DNA from: a virus
Taxonomy: Duplodnaviria; Caudoviricetes
DNA: 26,512 nucleotides
Strand: one strand, 5' to 3'
Virus record (IMG/VR): IMGVR_UViG_3300046788_000343
Location: 1-26,512 of that record
The notes beneath the pieces were generated by a model that was not told the DNA's origin, did not search any database, and saw nothing but the letters and a program-made list of their open reading frames with translations. Each line of letters starts with the position of its first letter. The stretch's first letter is position 1. Both the position numbers and the translations under genes were made by a program. Below, piece by piece: positions 15,524-23,436 of the stretch.

Positions 15524-18431
15524 ATGAGCGGCCCTACAACAACAAGCATTCTGCCTCCGGCTGTCCAACAGCAGTTGAGCATGAAACTGCTTGCTCGTCC
15601 AATGCCAGATCTGATCCATACTACAATGGGTAAAGAATAGGGATTGCCCATATAAAATTTGGCTATTTGCTGGAAACTCCTAAAGCTTTCTGGTACACTG
15701 TATGCGACAGTCAATTACAGTGTAAAAATCCAGGAGATGAAACAATGGACAATCAGCAGGAAAGATTAGAATTAAGCCCGCAATGGTTTGCAGGATTTTT
15801 TGAAGCAGAAGGATGGTTAAGTTTGATGGATACAAAGAGAGTTGAAAAGGGTGAAAGAATCTCAAGATATGTTCCAACTTGTGGCATATGTAACACAGAT
15901 TTTCATATTTTATCTTTGATTCATGACTTATTCTATCAGAATGGAATCGAATATCAGTCATATGTAAGGAAACCAAGGAAAAAAGGATATAAATTAAGTT
16001 GGCAGATACATATTTCAGGGATGAAAAAATGTATAAAATTTATAGAATTTATTACCCCGCATATGATTGGAGAGAAAAAAATAAAAGCTCAAAAAATCTT
16101 GGAATTTTGCATAAATAGGAAAAATAAGATAAATGGATTTTGTGGAGTTTCGTATTCACAGTCCGATATCGAACTATTTTGTAATATTAATTCTAAAATC
16201 CTCAACGACTACACGCCAAACACCGAAAAGGTGATGATATAGTCTGAACATACGTGAGAACGTATGAGAGGGGAATAACAAGACCCTCCGCTATGTAGGT
16301 AGCTAATATAGGTAGCTACATAGTCATAAAGTAACAGCTAGTATCCGATCACAATGGATCAGCAAGCTGGCGATATTCTGAGACGACGACGTTATCAGAA
16401 TCTACAAACGGCTCCGGTACCACTTGGTAATGGAATCGTCGACCCACCAGCGCAGCAATTGACTGCTCTGGATATTGACGCACGCATTGATTGGTTACAA
16501 GCAGCATAAGCCATGCCAATCATCTTGAAGGGGTATGAATTTGATGGTACATACCTAATCCTTCAAGAGCAGGTAGACAAAATTGCCTGCTATAAACCAG
16601 CCCTAATTGACTTGGAACTCTGACCGCGTCAAGGCGAAGAAGACAAGGCGGAAGTGTTTGAAAATAAATGATAAACGAGATATAATCTTTCCAAAAAAGG
16701 GGTTATATGGAGTGGGTACAAGTTTTAACAATTATTGTTACGTTGTTAGGTGGAATTTTTTATATTCACTCAGATGTGCGAGATATTAAAAAAGATATGC
16801 AACAACACAATGCGAGAATGGATCAACTGAGTAACAGAATTGACAAATTGTACGAGATGTTTATCGATTTATTAAAATCAAAAAACACGCCGTGAGAGAC
16901 TTAAGCGGGTAGGAACCGAAAGGTTAAGCGAAAGTCCGATCTGTGCAGGAAACGCGCAGAGAGGGGAATAACAAGACCCTCCGCCAAGAATTAACATTTT
17001 TCGAGATGAACTCGATAAAATTAATTAACATAATCCTTGGTCAACAAGTAACAGTGTGAATGCTCATAAACGAAGATCCCGTGCTCAATTCAGCGGTATC
17101 TGTCCTTGGCCAATCTCTTCGGGAAACTGAAGATCAATTGGCACGTTCGATGATGGAAGGGGGTAAAATGTGTGCTCCCTATAAATCTTGGGTGATTGAC
17201 TTGGAACTCCTAGCTGCCTAGGCAGAAGGAAGACAAGGCGGAACTGTTACTCCACGTTGGTTTAAGATTTTCATTTGTCCATATAGAGATCGTCTAAGAT
17301 CCAGAGTTTTTTGGGATACAGGACACTCTCTCCGGACAAATGTTTCCCTAAACTGAATGGCAAGCAAACATTGTTGTTTTTTAACTATGAGGTAAGGAAG
17401 AACTTGTTTAAGGAATGATAAAGTATCATTGTTGTTGGAACGCCAAATATATTGTGGCTTCCAGTTAATGTGAATCTTTTTACTTGGAGCTTTGATTTCA
17501 CGATGATCACCAGGAAAATTATCACTTAACCATTCTAACAATTCTAAAGATGAATTGTAGATATCAACAGTAAGATAATGACGATTAAGACGCTTGGAAT
17601 AGTACATTCCGAAGCAGCCTTCGCCGTCTATCAGTCCGGCAACGTAAGCAAGTTTTTCAATCATAAGGCTCCAATGTTATATGTTACGTACATTATACAA
17701 TGATGATGCGTAGAATGCAACAACAGACCGTGAACGACTAAGTCCCGAGACGCCGAAAGGTGAAGCGATAGTCTGAACAGTATAGTAATATATTGAGAGT
17801 GATCCGAAGAGATTGCTCCGCCATAGAAATATGGTCAGTAGGTTGGGAACCGAAAGTAACAGAACTGGCACCTCCGATTAACTGTACTTCAGGTACAAAC
17901 GGGGACAACCCAACCAACATTAGTCCATTGGATTGCTCAAAAGCCGTGCGCCTCTTGCGTACAGCCAATGCTCAATTCATCATGGATATTATTGAAGGTG
18001 AAAATAAATTTGGTACAGCTCCAGTCCGTACAGCATTCTTTGGTCTAGGCCACACGAATCTGTCGGCAGATCTTGACCAAATGCTTGGATTTATTAACGT
18101 AGCAAACTACGCTAATCAGTCCAATTTACTTCAACCCGAATGGGGTACCGTAAGGAACTTACGTTTCTTGCTCTCTTCCGTCGGGTCAATTACTCCAAAT
18201 GCTTCTGCCAATGGTGCAGACGTTTACAACGTTTTCATTCCAGGGCAAGAATCTTATGACATGGTTGATTTGGACGGATACTCCGCTCAATTCTGCTATG
18301 CTCCGCCTGAAATTGCATCCCCACGCTTGAGACTCTACCAGACTGCTGGTTGGAAAATGGCTCAAGTATTCAACATCACCAACACCTCTTGGATTGTCAA
18401 CCTACGTTGCACTCTCCAAGTAGCACTATAG
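15524..18431 (+). CDS. Major capsid protein (N4-gp56-like), spliced: join(15524..15631,16342..16495,16544..16574,17059..17164,17868..18431), 320 aa
   Basis: Joined exons give an uninterrupted 963-nt ORF: MSGPTTTSILPPAVQQ..HTTMG|YPITMDQQAGDILRRRRY..IDARIDW|YGTYLILQEQV|MLINEDPVLN..RETEDQLAR..GG|APPINC..FGTAPV..EWGTVRNLRF..TAGWK. Confidence 0.9.
15632..16341 (+). ncRNA. Group I intron 1 in the capsid gene (710 nt)
   Basis: P1 AUGGGU/GCCCAU with U.G at the splice site; P4 UUGCUG/CAGCAG; P3 UUUGGC/GCCAAA; P7 GACUA(16207)/UAGUC(16240); P8 with GAAA loop; terminal G. Confidence 0.93.
15745..16242 (+). CDS. LAGLIDADG homing endonuclease (single motif) in intron 1
   Basis: WFAGFFEAEGW motif; start ATG 15745 with SD AGGAG (track starts at 15667). 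Confidence 0.9.
   Translation: MDNQQERLELSPQWFAGFFEAEGWLSLMDTKRVEKGERISRYVPTCGICNTDFHILSLIHDLFYQNGIEYQSYVRKPRKKGYKLSWQIHISGMKKCIKFIEFITPHMIGEKKIKAQKILEFCINRKNKINGFCGVSYSQSDIELFCNINSKILNDYTPNTEKVMI
16496..16543 (+). ncRNA. 48-nt core-less group I-like mini-intron
   Basis: Contains an in-frame TAA; removal restores W-Y-G-T-Y; P1 UGAUUGGU/GCCAAUCA with U.G; P10 GCCAU/AUGGU; ends in G. Confidence 0.8.
16658..16686 (+). promoter_or_regulatory. Sigma70-type promoter inside intron 3
   Basis: TTGAAA-17 bp-TATAAT, 20 nt upstream of ATG 16707. Confidence 0.75.
16707..16895 (+). CDS. Intron-encoded small TM plus coiled-coil protein (not an endonuclease)
   Basis: MEWVQVLTIIVTLLGGIFYIHSD hydrophobic helix followed by heptads; SD AAGGGG; own promoter. 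Confidence 0.8.
   Translation: MEWVQVLTIIVTLLGGIFYIHSDVRDIKKDMQQHNARMDQLSNRIDKLYEMFIDLLKSKNTP
17218..17664 (-). CDS. LAGLIDADG homing endonuclease, antisense within intron 4
   Basis: LAYVAGLIDGEGCF motif; LPYLIVKKQQ; SD GGAG. Confidence 0.92.
   Translation of the reverse strand: MIEKLAYVAGLIDGEGCFGMYYSKRLNRHYLTVDIYNSSLELLEWLSDNFPGDHREIKAPSKKIHINWKPQYIWRSNNNDTLSFLKQVLPYLIVKKQQCLLAIQFRETFVRRECPVSQKTLDLRRSLYGQMKILNQRGVTVPPCLPSA
17692..17720 (-). promoter_or_regulatory. Sigma70-type promoter for the antisense endonuclease
   Basis: Minus-strand TTGCAT-17 bp-TATAAT. Confidence 0.75.
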
Positions 18432-18441
18432 GAGGTAGTAT

Positions 18442-19530
18442 ATGACTCAAATTACTACTGGAAGCTTTATCAATACGGCTTCTACTCCTCAATTTGTTCC
18501 TGTACCGAATTTTATTAATAGATTTTCATTAAGAAATCTAACTAGATCCGGCCAGACAGCACTTGGTATTAGTGGTTCTTTAACATCTGATAGGATCGTC
18601 AGAGCCTATTATACTCCCCTGTATGCAGCGGGCACCGCTCTCATTGAACAGAACGGCACCGTCGCAGGCATCCTGGCTCCATTGCAAAACGGGATATGCG
18701 CAATCAATGGTTTCACTATTGTTAACGCAGCGTTGCCAACGCTAGGACCCGTCATTGCAATTTCTTCATATACGCCCGGTTCTACAACCGTTTGGACTAC
18801 TGGTACAAACCACGGATTCCAAGTAGGCGATAATGTAAGAGTGTATGGATTGGTAAGTGCACCTGAATTCAGCGGCCTTGTCATGACAGTAACGGCAACA
18901 AATGGAACAAATCAATTTACTACATTGTTGGTAAGTACAGGTCATGCGACCTCGGTTGGTTCTGTACAGAAAGTTGGTAATGTCAATATACCTTCAAGAT
19001 CTCTCTATTACCCAAGTCTTAGATCGATTGCGAAGATTACATTGGCTAATCCAATGGTTGTAACTACTTTGGTACAACAAAACTACCAAGTTGGCGATGT
19101 GGTTAGATTTGCTATTCCTTCCGTGTATGGAATGCAAAATCTTAATAGCACTTCCAATGGTCTTCCTGTTCAGCTCACAGTATCGGCAGTTAATAATGCT
19201 GTAGGTACTCAGACTGTTACTTTTGCTAATGTTGACAGCACAAACTTCACAGCTTTTGCATGGCCAGCAGTTAGCAAGTATCCTTTCACTTTTGCCGAAA
19301 TGATTCCTCAAGGCGAAGGGAATTTGAACTCCCTCGCGGGAATTACTCCATCGCCATTGCCTTATGCGAACCAAGACATTCTTGGCTTTGCTAAGCAAAA
19401 TCAAGGTGTCAACGGCATTTTGGTAGGGGCTGGAGATGGCACGAACTCAGCTTCGGTTGGGGGTATCATTGGAAGTACAGCAGATGCTTGGGAGTGGATA
19501 GCGGAAACTTCACTTCAGTCTTTCCCATAA
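18442..19530 (+). CDS. Virion structural protein (possible capsid decoration) with two E1-FCCH-like beta domains
   Basis: Follows the capsid gene, before the terminator; SD GGAGG; repeats TTGTNHGFQVGDNVR and ITLANPMVVTT...YQVGDVVRF. Confidence 0.7.
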   Translation: MTQITTGSFINTASTPQFVPVPNFINRFSLRNLTRSGQTALGISGSLTSDRIVRAYYTPLYAAGTALIEQNGTVAGILAPLQNGICAINGFTIVNAALPTLGPVIAISSYTPGSTTVWTTGTNHGFQVGDNVRVYGLVSAPEFSGLVMTVTATNGTNQFTTLLVSTGHATSVGSVQKVGNVNIPSRSLYYPSLRSIAKITLANPMVVTTLVQQNYQVGDVVRFAIPSVYGMQNLNSTSNGLPVQLTVSAVNNAVGTQTVTFANVDSTNFTAFAWPAVSKYPFTFAEMIPQGEGNLNSLAGITPSPLPYANQDILGFAKQNQGVNGILVGAGDGTNSASVGGIIGSTADAWEWIAETSLQSFP

Positions 19531-19539
19531 AACAGGGTG

Positions 19540-19573
19540 AGAGTAGAGATAAATCGTCTCTACTCTTTTTTTT
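19540..19573 (+). terminator. Intrinsic terminator after the capsid/decoration genes
   Basis: AGAGTAGAGA/TCTCTACTCT stem followed by a T-tract. Confidence 0.85.
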
Positions 19574-19586
19574 AAAAGGAATAAAT

Positions 19587-20150
19587 ATGCCAAGACAAAA
19601 AAAAACTTTAAGTTTACAAGTAGAAGAAAAACAAGAGGTGAATATGTCAGGTGCTCAGACATTAGAATCATTAGAAACAGAAATTGATAAAGCTCGTCTA
19701 GAATTAGAAAAAACCAAGTCAGAACTTGAAGAAAAGAAAGTTCAACTTAAAACAATGCCGGCGAGAGAGGTGACAGAAGACGAAATGATCATCGTTAAAA
19801 AACAAATTAGCATGTCTTCAGAAAAGATGGCTTTGAAAGCAAAGATTGAAAAACAAAAAGCCTATGACAGTGAAATAGTGACGGGTAAGTTTATAAACCG
19901 TAGAGCCCCGGGACAATCTGTAAAATTAACTTATATGAAATATGAAACTGATCCTGTTAAATGGTATAATCTGGAAGATGGTAAGGTTTATCCACTTCCA
20001 CGCGGATTTGCCGATCAAATTAACGATCATTACTACACTCCTCATTTTATACAAAAACAAGGGCCGATGGATCCAAATGCACCAATGAGTCAGATTCATG
20101 ACATAGATACCTCAAATAAAAAATATGCATTTGTGCCAGTTAACTTTTAG
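19587..20150 (+). CDS. Hypothetical protein with N-terminal coiled coil
   Basis: Start set at ATG 19587 (SD AAGGA), downstream of the terminator. Confidence 0.7.
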   Translation: MPRQKKTLSLQVEEKQEVNMSGAQTLESLETEIDKARLELEKTKSELEEKKVQLKTMPAREVTEDEMIIVKKQISMSSEKMALKAKIEKQKAYDSEIVTGKFINRRAPGQSVKLTYMKYETDPVKWYNLEDGKVYPLPRGFADQINDHYYTPHFIQKQGPMDPNAPMSQIHDIDTSNKKYAFVPVNF

Positions 20151-20156
20151 GCTTGT

Positions 20157-20570
20157 ATGAGTTCAGTCATATATTATCCTGGATACTCGCAAGTTCAGGT
20201 TCAAGAAAAACTGAGAGTACAAACGATTGCATCCATAACCAATGCAAATCCCATGGTCGTTACAACGGTTAACGATCATGGTTATGTGACCGGCATGGAG
20301 GTGAGATTCTTGATTCCCACTCAATTTAAGATGACGCAGCTGAATGATGTCAATGCGAGGGTATTACAAGTCACCAGCGACACGTTAACAATTAATTTGG
20401 ATTCAACTAATTTTTCTGTATTTTCTTATCCCAGTCCGTTGCCTTCTGCATATACTCCGCCTTCAGTAATACCAAATAGCTCTGGTCCATATTTACCACC
20501 TTTGCCTTTACCGTATGGAAATGAGAATTCATTTGAAGGAGTGAATTATAACAATGGAAAAATTCCATAA
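20157..20570 (+). CDS. Virion protein with an E1-FCCH-like domain
   Basis: IASITNANPMVVTTVNDHGYVTGMEVRF...MTQLN; similar to the C-terminal domain of 18442-19530. Confidence 0.7.
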   Translation: MSSVIYYPGYSQVQVQEKLRVQTIASITNANPMVVTTVNDHGYVTGMEVRFLIPTQFKMTQLNDVNARVLQVTSDTLTINLDSTNFSVFSYPSPLPSAYTPPSVIPNSSGPYLPPLPLPYGNENSFEGVNYNNGKIP

Positions 20571-20618
20571 TTTCTAGACTTATAAACACCCGTCTTATAC
20601 TATATTTAAGAGGTGTTT

Positions 20619-21152
20619 ATGGGAATAAAAGATAGCGGACTTAGTCTTAAAGAGAGACTTCTTAAAAAAAAGAAAATAAAAAAATCATGTTGGGAATGGC
20701 AAGGATTTATAATGCCAAATGGATATGGAAGAATGTCATTCAAAGGAAAAGATCAGTATGTTCATAGATTAAGTTTTGCGGCATTTATAGGAGAGATTCC
20801 TAAAGGAAAAATAATTTGTCATTCATGTGATAATCGAAAATGTATAAATCCAAAGCATTTATGGATAGGAACATTTAAAGAAAATACACAGGATGCTTGC
20901 ACGAAAGGAAAAATGAAAGGGTTTTCAAGAAAAGTTCATTCTGAAGAAAGTAAAAATAAAATGAGAAAACCTCATAATATAAATAGAAAAGGTGAAAAAC
21001 ACCCAAATGCGATTTTGGATGAAAATAAGGTAAAAGAAATTAGAAATTTATTTTCGCAAGGATTGACCAGGAAAGAAATAAGTGAGATATTTAAAATTAC
21101 GAAAAATTGTGTTAAGGATGTAGTTTTAAGGCGATCTTGGAAACACATATAA
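20619..21152 (+). CDS. Free-standing HNH homing endonuclease
   Basis: CWEWQG...GYG...HRLSF...ICHSCDNRKCINPKHL...NTQD; NUMOD3-like HSEESKNKM; C-terminal HTH; AT-rich; start GTG 20613 or ATG 20619. Confidence 0.9.
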   Translation: MGIKDSGLSLKERLLKKKKIKKSCWEWQGFIMPNGYGRMSFKGKDQYVHRLSFAAFIGEIPKGKIICHSCDNRKCINPKHLWIGTFKENTQDACTKGKMKGFSRKVHSEESKNKMRKPHNINRKGEKHPNAILDENKVKEIRNLFSQGLTRKEISEIFKITKNCVKDVVLRRSWKHI

Positions 21153-21190
21153 ATTGAGAAATATAAGATAGTCAAATTAATGGGTTTGAT

Positions 21191-22246
21191 ATGAGCACTC
21201 AAATTGTCAGTCTAGATCAGATGGAAAATACCGTTAGACGTATGACAGCCAGGTATACTCCGCAGCAAATGACAAGCACCCAGGTTCAAAATTATATTAA
21301 CTTGTTTTATACTCTCCATTTCCCCGAGCAATTCAAGAACTTGAAATTAACGAAACCTTATGTTTTCACTACTACTCCTAATGTTGATACTTATGATTTT
21401 GTATATGAGGCGGGATTAGTTACCAATCCTGCCGGCAATCCTGTCCCCGGGAACGTACAAATCACCCCACCGGTCTATTGTCAGGGATATATTTTAAGAT
21501 ATTTTCAAGACAAAACCACGTTTTATAATCGTTGGCCTAATCTAAGCGTTAATCAACAAATCAATACAGGGAACGGAACCTCAGGGCCATATACAGGAAC
21601 AATTCCTTCCACGCCATTCTACAGAGCACAACTGGATATTTTTGGGAATGTCACTGAAGCAGCTGTTATTATCTCAGCATTTGATAATTCAGGTTTTACT
21701 TATACAATTTCAGATGTGCCGCAACCTGCATCTAATACAGGCAATCTCGTAGACGATGCCGCTAATACTGTAGGAACGGTTAATTATTTGACTGGTGCAT
21801 ATACGTTCACAGCAGCTGGAGCAACTGTAATTCCGAGTGGAGCTACAATTTTTGCTGCTGTTGTTCCTTATCAAGCTTCAAGGCCAACAGATGTACTCTT
21901 CTACAATCAGCAGATTGTGTTTAGACCATGCCCCATGCAAGTTTATCAAGTGGAATTTCAGATTAGCCAGCAACCAACACAATTGATTGCAGCTAATCAA
22001 GCACCTGAATTGGATGAGTGGTATCTATTCATATGTGCGGGAGCTGCAAAACTCATCTACACAGATTTCCCAGATGAGCAGGGAATGGCTTATCTGACGC
22101 CTATCTGGCAGGAACAACTTCAGATAGCGCAAAGACGGACATTGAGGCAATTAGGAAGTCAAAGAGCAAGTACTATTTTCAGCCAGCCGGGCAGGCCATT
22201 GGCATCATGGTTTAATGGGACTGAATACAGTGGAACTTCAGGATAA
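21191..22246 (+). CDS. Putative head-tail adaptor / tail tubular protein A-like
   Basis: Position; helical N-terminus (VRRMT...YINLFY) and C-terminus (PELDEW..FI..GAA); beta-rich insert. Confidence 0.55.
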   Translation: MSTQIVSLDQMENTVRRMTARYTPQQMTSTQVQNYINLFYTLHFPEQFKNLKLTKPYVFTTTPNVDTYDFVYEAGLVTNPAGNPVPGNVQITPPVYCQGYILRYFQDKTTFYNRWPNLSVNQQINTGNGTSGPYTGTIPSTPFYRAQLDIFGNVTEAAVIISAFDNSGFTYTISDVPQPASNTGNLVDDAANTVGTVNYLTGAYTFTAAGATVIPSGATIFAAVVPYQASRPTDVLFYNQQIVFRPCPMQVYQVEFQISQQPTQLIAANQAPELDEWYLFICAGAAKLIYTDFPDEQGMAYLTPIWQEQLQIAQRRTLRQLGSQRASTIFSQPGRPLASWFNGTEYSGTSG

Positions 22247-22249
22247 AAC

Positions 22250-22825
22250 ATGTCTTATAATCCAAATATTCCTCAGGTAACAGACCCCATTTTACAGTCA
22301 TTCGGGCAACTTCGCGCTAATTTCCAGGCTATAAATAATTCATTCGGCGACAATCACGTGGGATTAACTGAAGATCCCGAATTTTCCGGCATGCATAGTG
22401 TTTTGACAATGCGCCCTCAAGCAGGTGCGCCTTCTACAAACACCACTCAGGTAGGATTATATAATAAATTGGTGAGTTCGGTTCCCGAACTGTTTTATCA
22501 GCCTAGCAACAATCAAACTCCAATTCAATTGACATATCCTTCGTTAGTAAACACGACATTGACTCAATACACGTTTGTGGCAGGTCCTTTTATTATTTAT
22601 ACGGGATTCATCAACACGCCAACAAACGGACAAGTCGTCACACTTTCTCCGGGAACTTCTCTTATTTACGCAGATCTGACAGTAGCTCATCTGACTTTCC
22701 AAGGACTATTTGTAGCTATGGCAATTCCAACCAATTTAAATGCTCCGGCAAATTCTTTTACCATCAGGTTTGAGGCTATATCTACAGGGACTTTCGGGGT
22801 TTATTATTTTGCAGTAGGTGTATAA
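22250..22825 (+). CDS. Putative tail/virion protein, paralog 1
   Basis: YNPNIP...QLRANF...F..NHV...G.H; C-terminal YYFAVG. Confidence 0.65.
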   Translation: MSYNPNIPQVTDPILQSFGQLRANFQAINNSFGDNHVGLTEDPEFSGMHSVLTMRPQAGAPSTNTTQVGLYNKLVSSVPELFYQPSNNQTPIQLTYPSLVNTTLTQYTFVAGPFIIYTGFINTPTNGQVVTLSPGTSLIYADLTVAHLTFQGLFVAMAIPTNLNAPANSFTIRFEAISTGTFGVYYFAVGV

Positions 22826-23436
22826 TGCAGTCAGATGGATACAATCCTAATGTCCCGGAAAATCCAAGCGACAGTCTATCCGATTCACAGCCTGAACTAT
22901 TGCAGAATTTCTTGACCCTTTACAATACTTTCATGGCAAATCATGTTTCATTAGATGATCCTACAGCTGCCATTAGGGGCAATCACACTATCGTCGAATT
23001 GCTAGAGCAGGATCATCAATTTCAAACTGATGTAGGGGAAATTTCAGTTTATACAAAAGATGTTCCAGGACAGACCGATCAGATCTTTTTACAATATCAA
23101 GGAAACCCTGGACAAGAGTTTCAGTTTACGAATTATCAGATTTACTCCGTTAACCCAACGAATTTCTTTACATTTCTCCCCGGGAAAACCCTACTGTATT
23201 TCGGAAGTTTTACAAATCTTCCTAATAATATTCTTACACTGACTCCTCCAATTGCTAAAGGAATAATTTCAATTAACTTTTGTCCTATTGGAGCCGCGTC
23301 GAGTTCAAAAAACTATAAGCCGTGGGCGGGATTGATTGAATCGCCCCCAGGATTTTTGAGTAAAATTATAGTGACATCAGCTGTTTTTAATGCTCCTATA
23401 CCTCCTTGCTTTTATATGGTGGTGGCAAATTTATGA
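22825..23436 (+). CDS. Putative tail/virion protein, paralog 2
   Basis: YNPNVP...LLQNF...F.ANHV...GNH...TFLPG..LLYFG. Confidence 0.65.
   Translation: MQSDGYNPNVPENPSDSLSDSQPELLQNFLTLYNTFMANHVSLDDPTAAIRGNHTIVELLEQDHQFQTDVGEISVYTKDVPGQTDQIFLQYQGNPGQEFQFTNYQIYSVNPTNFFTFLPGKTLLYFGSFTNLPNNILTLTPPIAKGIISINFCPIGAASSSKNYKPWAGLIESPPGFLSKIIVTSAVFNAPIPPCFYMVVANL

Larger units (their letters stand above)
16575..17058 (+). ncRNA. Group I intron 3 in the capsid gene (484 nt)
   Basis: P1 AGCAGGU/GCCUGCU; P4 CUUG/CAAG; P7 GACUU(16898)/AAGUC(16932), a compensatory change relative to the other introns; P8 AACC-GAAA-GGUU; terminal G. Confidence 0.92.
17165..17867 (+). ncRNA. Group I intron 4 in the capsid gene (703 nt)
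   Basis: P1 AGGGGGU/GCUCCCU; P10 GUGU/GCAC; P3 UCUUGGG/CCCGAGA; P7 GACUA(17736)/UAGUC(17769); P8 CGCC-GAAA-GGUG; terminal G. Confidence 0.93.

Noticed and set aside
16496-16543. T4 gene 60-style translational bypass of the ~50-nt gap
   Set aside because: There is no matched take-off/landing codon pair next to the stop, while P1, P10, the U.G pair and the terminal G all fit group I splice-site rules. It is disfavoured but not formally excluded.
16607-16789. Track ORF of 60 aa, and similarly 15517-15714, 15680-15976, 17677-17871 and 17738-17968
   Set aside because: These are shadow ORFs over intron cores, exons or real genes, with no recognisable protein features.
15524-17164. Capsid fragments interpreted as a pseudogene
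   Set aside because: All interruptions have precise splice signals and the joined exons are in frame without stops.
17793-17867. N-terminus of track ORF 17793-18431 as the real capsid start
   Set aside because: This stretch is intron 4 3' sequence; the capsid frame resumes at 17868.
19488-19586. Track N-terminal extension of ORF 19488-20150
   Set aside because: It spans an intrinsic terminator; ATG 19587 has an SD.
20571-21190. HNH gene as part of another group I intron
   Set aside because: No P4/P7-like elements flank it, and both neighbouring genes look complete.
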